Positions 63,747-64,000 of a stretch of 64,000 bases of DNA are shown in pieces. The notes below the pieces were generated by a model. The model was not told the origin of the DNA and searched no databases. It saw only the letters and a list, made by a program, of their open reading frames with translations. Each line of letters starts with the position of its first letter. Positions within the stretch are counted from its first letter, which is position 1. The DNA comes from an uncultured Deinococcaceae bacterium (GTDB lineage: Bacteria; Deinococcota; Deinococci; Deinococcales; Deinococcaceae), in assembly GCA_964252075.1 (NCBI GenBank), contig CAXULY010000020.1:1-64000 (forward strand). The letters are read 5' to 3'. The translations under genes were made by a program, and so were the position numbers.

Positions 63747-64000
63747 CTAGAAGCGGTGGACGGGATCAGGCACGGCCGGCTCGATGTCCGAGCGTGACCT
63801 CAGCTCCACGTACTGGTCGTCACCCACCTGCCGCCATTGCGCCTCCTGCAGGCGTTGCGCGGTGATGGCCGCGATGGTCCCCGGGGTCATGCTGGACAGC
63901 GCCTTGAACTCCTTGATCAGGTGCGCCTGATCGAAAAAACCCAGCTGGTACGTCAACTCCGCGACCGGGATGTTCGGGTCCGCGCGAATGCGCGTCATGG
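63747..64000 (-). CDS. AraC family regulator, C-terminus (runs off window)
   Basis: AELTYQLGFFDQAHLIKEFK...MTP. Confidence 0.85.
   Translation of the reverse strand, partial: MTRIRADPNIPVAELTYQLGFFDQAHLIKEFKALSSMTPGTIAAITAQRLQEAQWRQVGDDQYVELRSRSDIEPAVPDPVHRF

Overview
GC-rich accessory DNA, most likely from a Deinococcus. Host evidence: a two-OB-fold SSB ending GLD..Q.FPPE.DDLPF, a Deinococcus-like rpoB segment, pervasive leaderless TANNNT-N5-7-start genes and an SRE/SNR-like repeat. The window is a mosaic of decayed mobile DNA and intact cargo. (i) 1-6 kb: decayed plasmid-type region with an ssb pseudogene, a ~33-bp-period repeat array and a replication-relaxation-like gene. (ii) ~9.4 kb: a perfect 20-6-20 dif-like palindrome with tandem accessory repeats. 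(iii) 10-13 kb: a Tat-exported gluconate 2-dehydrogenase-like operon with its own tatA and a monoheme cytochrome c. (iv) 16-26 kb: a pseudogenised phage head module whose genes alternate with intact, self-promoted cargo genes. (v) 35-41.6 kb: a PHP/ABC/GDPD phosphoester-uptake cluster, followed by a tRNA-Thr 3' half (att-like). (vi) Many TetR/ArsR/MerR regulator-detox pairs. (vii) A SARP-STAND regulator divergent from an Ig-domain lipoprotein with a textbook SARP repeat promoter. (viii) An isolated, well-preserved internal fragment of rpoB at ~57 kb. All family calls are by motif recognition; no searches were run.
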